A stretch of 64,000 nt of DNA, from NCBI GenBank assembly GCA_032718475.1, contig JAUCBJ010008848.1, forward strand, positions 36,395 through 100,394, read 5' to 3'. Each line of letters begins with the position of its first letter. Position 1 is the first letter of the stretch. The notes under the pieces were generated by a model, which saw nothing but the letters and a program-made list of their open reading frames with translations, had not been told where the DNA came from and searched no databases. The DNA comes from Nemertoderma westbladi. Lineage: Eukaryota; Animalia; Xenacoelomorpha. The position numbers were made by a program, and so were the translations under genes. Shown here in pieces: positions 60,401 through 64,000 of the stretch.

Positions 60401-62334
60401 ACTGGAGCTGCATCTCTCTTTTGCGTTGGTCAGCCTCCTGTTGTTGCGCCACTAACTTCCTGTATAGCTAAACAACCTTTTATTTGTCATACCTCCAACT
60501 CGGCATGAGCGTCAGATGTCGCTTTCTTCCGTGCTAACTCAGCTGCATTTGCCGCCGCAAGTCGTGCTAACTCAACAGCTGCTGCCTGTCATGCTAACTC
60601 ATCAGCTGCTGCTGCTGCGGCCACTTCTCGCGCGATGTCCTCCTACAGTCTCGGCATCTCTGATGCTTCAAATTCGGCACGGGCCTGGAGTTGAGTAGTT
60701 ATCGCTACATCCTCCCTACGTTGTCTCTCTCCCTCGACAGCAGCCTGTGCCGTCAATAGTTGCACCTCCTCTTCTGCAACTTGTTGTCGGCGTGCAACCT
60801 CCTGTTGTTGTCGAGTAATTATGGACGTTGTCCGACTAATGTCACCAATGTCGCTCCATATGCTAATGAACGATCTATTCAGTTGTGGATGTTGGTAGGC
60901 TCGCGAGCCTTCCGTAGTGAGAACTTCCGTTGTCCCTCTCGGTACAACTTCTGGTTCTTTGATTGGTACGCCACATTTACCGAGAAAATTGGCAAGCGCC
61001 TCTAACCTCCTGTCCAGGCAGTATAGTTTTTCTTCCTCTTCGGGTTGCAACAACGCATCGGAAACAGACTCATCCATCAGTTGGTCGAGTTGCTATCTCT
61101 GAGTCGATCCTACAACCAACTTATACTGAGTAAGATGTTCTCGTGCACTTACCAGTTTATCTATTATCTTTACCTGAGTAAAGTTGTCACCACACAACTC
61201 TGCGATTTCGTGTAAACTTCGGAGTTTATCTACGGAGGCATGTACCCTACTCTCTACTCTTACCTGCAGGGTGTAGAACTCGTACCTCGACATCGGGGTG
61301 GTTAGCTCGCGCACGAGAAAACCTTATCTGATATTTCGAGTTATCTGAGCCATATGTCCTCCTGTGCTTCTAATAATGTTCTTCTGGCTCCCAGTCAAAC
61401 TTACCATGTCTGGTTCCCACGATCTGGTTTGCGGGACGGTAAGGAAGTCTTCAGTTCTACCATGCCATGCGCTACGGTACCCGGTATTTCCATTGGCGAT
61501 ACCAGTGAAGCACGCGGTGTGACATTGGTGGAATCCTCCTTCTACGTTCGTCTACTGTTGATCTGTCTGCGTCACATGAGTCATAGTCGGTAGGTGGGTG
61601 TCTCATTGAGTGTGGTGTATCACTCATGTCTGTATTATATACGTCGAATATGGGTAATAAATGTTAAAATGTCAGATTGTCAAACTTACCTCGGTATATA
61701 TATACTATATATACCCTAACCGTTACAAAATAAAATCACAAAATAGTATATAATAAAATAATAATTTAGCCTACCGGCTAAATCTGTACAAATAAGGGAG
61801 ATAGCAGTATACGCTACCAAAATATAGATCAACAAGTATGAATACTAAGGCAAACAGCAACGACTAGGGGAAATAAAGTACCAATAATGCATAAATTAGA
61901 CAGTGGAACCCACAAATTTTGAGTAATACTGTGCTCTAAGTTTAAAAGATACAAGTTGTAAAACTTATGTTCCTTTGATCTTCCAGTCGTACAGATCCCC
62001 CGATACAAACCGGACGAGAACTGTTCCGTTTCCAGCGTCGCGAACGAATCTTTTACCTCCCACACTTGCTAAAAAACGGCCTGATCCTCGAAGCGGACCA
62101 GAAATGAGTCCTTGAGTCCTGAAAAATCGAAGGTGAGAGTTTTACAGACTACTCTATAAAAATATTCTCCTAGGTACCAATACAAATTGGTCTTTAAACC
62201 TTGCGTACCTTTTCAAGTACCGAAAAAGGTAACATCACACACACACACAAATTTTAGTTCAGAAAATTAGCCTATAGCTAATCAAATACAAAATTATGCA
62301 ACAATTTTACTAATATTTAATATTATAAACACAT
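57475..62334 (-). mobile_element. BEL/Pao copy A', right (5') part: decayed gag joined by deletion to RNase H, plus leader
   Basis: Homologous to 41200-42040 and 44680-48600; LHSFSDAS, EKFNYLLQVL; protease and RT lost at a junction near 58335-58370. Confidence 0.9.
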
Positions 62335-63765
62335 ACTACTACTACTACTAGGATCGGCATGCTGCATTGCAGCTGCATTTTTAAGAATGCTGTGCCGGCT
62401 TGTCAACAAAATTGCACCGCCACAACTCCCTATCACCCATGACATTTGCTAGATCATCCGCATCTTCAAGGCCAGTGTCCTTTAAGATGCGTCTCAAGAA
62501 AGTCATGGGCTGTCCACCATGCTTATTCACTCCATGAGGCTGCCAAAGTACAAGATTATGCACTGGGTGGTCCTCACGGCGAAAGCAATGTCCTGCAAAG
62601 CGGAGGCGATTTTGTTCTAGTGTCAAGCTTGGGGGAACCAATGAGACACCTCCAATGTTATATAGTGTCTGGTTGGAGATGTGTGCATTGTACTTGACAC
62701 AATGAACCCGGCGTAGCATTCTTGTGAATGTGCCATCCAGAGATTTGGTGTCCTCAGCAGTTAGAGCCCAGCATGGACTCCCATAGAGGAGTACTGGAAC
62801 TACTGCTGCTCTAAATAATCGGACCTTAAGTTTCCGATTAATTCTCGGTGACTTCCAAATCCTGGAAAGCCTATTCAAGGCTGCCCATGCCTTTCCCTTA
62901 CGTATTCGAAGGTCCTCACCTGACTTCCAGATCCATGATCCCAGGTAGCAGAAGTCGTCCACATGCTCAAGCATACCATCCTTTCAGCTTATGCTCATCC
63001 GATCAGAGACTTGCTGAGGGTTTCAAAGTTAACTGTCAAAATGTTGGTCTTTCTGGAGTTAATAAAAAGACCAACACTAGAAGCAGCATGTTCTAATGAG
63101 CTGAGGAGCTGTTGGGCTCCCTCTAGTGATTCTGAGAGTACTCCTAAGTCATCAGCAAAGTCTAGATCAGTTAGGTACTTGGCAGGATTTCCTCGACTTC
63201 TGGAGCCAGTAGGTGGAGTTATCATCACCCCGTCATCATTATGATGATCTAAGGACATGCGTAGAACATAGTCAACCACAATAATGAACAAGAATGGTGC
63301 AAGTGTGTCTCCCTGGAGGACGCCCCATAACACTTCAAATGGTTCTGTGTCACCGTCAACAGTAGACACAAATGTTGTCGAACCATCGTATACTGATCTG
63401 ATTGCTGCAATAATTTCATCAGGAATCCCATATAATGAAAGTATGCTGAACATACGTGAGCGAGAGACTGAATCAAAGGCCTTGAAGAAGTCAACAAAGA
63501 TAACAGCCAGATGCCTGTCTTTCTTTTTTGATAACTCTTCAATTATCCTTCTAAGTGCCAAAATGGGCTCCATGGTCCCACGACCTTTACGGAACCCATT
63601 CTGATTTCCACGGAGCAGTCTCTCAATGGGATCCCTGATGCGATTTAATAGAATTCTATTGTATAGCTTTGCAGCAATCGAGATCAATGAGATTCCCCGA
63701 AAAGAACCATAGAGTGTTTGGTTGCCCTTCTTGGGAACTGGCACCAACTTATTTGTTTTCATTTC
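62335..63765 (-). mobile_element. 5'-truncated RTE-clade LINE (RT region, short 3' UTR, (TAG)n tail)
   Basis: FRGISL, QNGFRKGR, FVDFFKAFDSV, GVLQGDTLAP, DFADD, FCYLGS, VLLYGS; frameshift near 62990; 3' hairpin GCTGCATTGCAGC. Confidence 0.93.
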
Positions 63766-64000
63766 TTGTGGGACTCATGTTGTTCAGTATCATAATAGAG
63801 ACAAACCGACAGCGATTATAGGAACTCTTCACCGTCTACAGCAAAGGGCCAAACAAATTGTAATATCTTGGGTCAACATAAACTTTAACCCACTAACAAT
63901 CCAGCAATTTTTATAAAGGAAGTGGGATCTTTATGTTACAAATATACTCAGAACATACTCCCCGCTGACTTGATTCCATCACTACTAAGATTTACGACAT

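Noticed and set aside
63766-64000. Sequence beyond the RTE 5' end
   Set aside because: Too short to assign; no TSD or motif recognised.

Overview
Eukaryotic (most likely invertebrate; host not identifiable from sequence) DNA made entirely of nested retrotransposons, with no host gene. LTRs and target-site duplications (TSDs) give this order: an old BEL/Pao copy (A', 1-3323 + 57475-~62334) was split by LTR element C (3324-57474, TSD ATCTG, + strand, no pol found). C was split by BEL/Pao element A (4723-51054, TSD ACATC). A received young BEL/Pao element B (20698-36568, TSD ACAAG), two Ty3/Gypsy remnants (D, E), RTE fragments and an unclassified 1.1 kb insert; D received an RTEX-like LINE and an RTE fragment. 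All classified elements except C are on the minus strand. Main observations: (1) A, B and C lack a tRNA-type TGG primer-binding site and instead have a 10-11 nt sequence complementary to their own LTR, suggesting Tf1-like self-priming; (2) A carries, in the env position, a reconstructable ~1200-codon accessory ORF with a DEDDy-like 3'-5' exonuclease domain and Zn knuckles, whose C-terminal module is shared with B; (3) a 20-nt hairpin/palindrome occurs at least 15 times across A/A', in all three reading frames and with compensatory changes. All alignments were done by eye.
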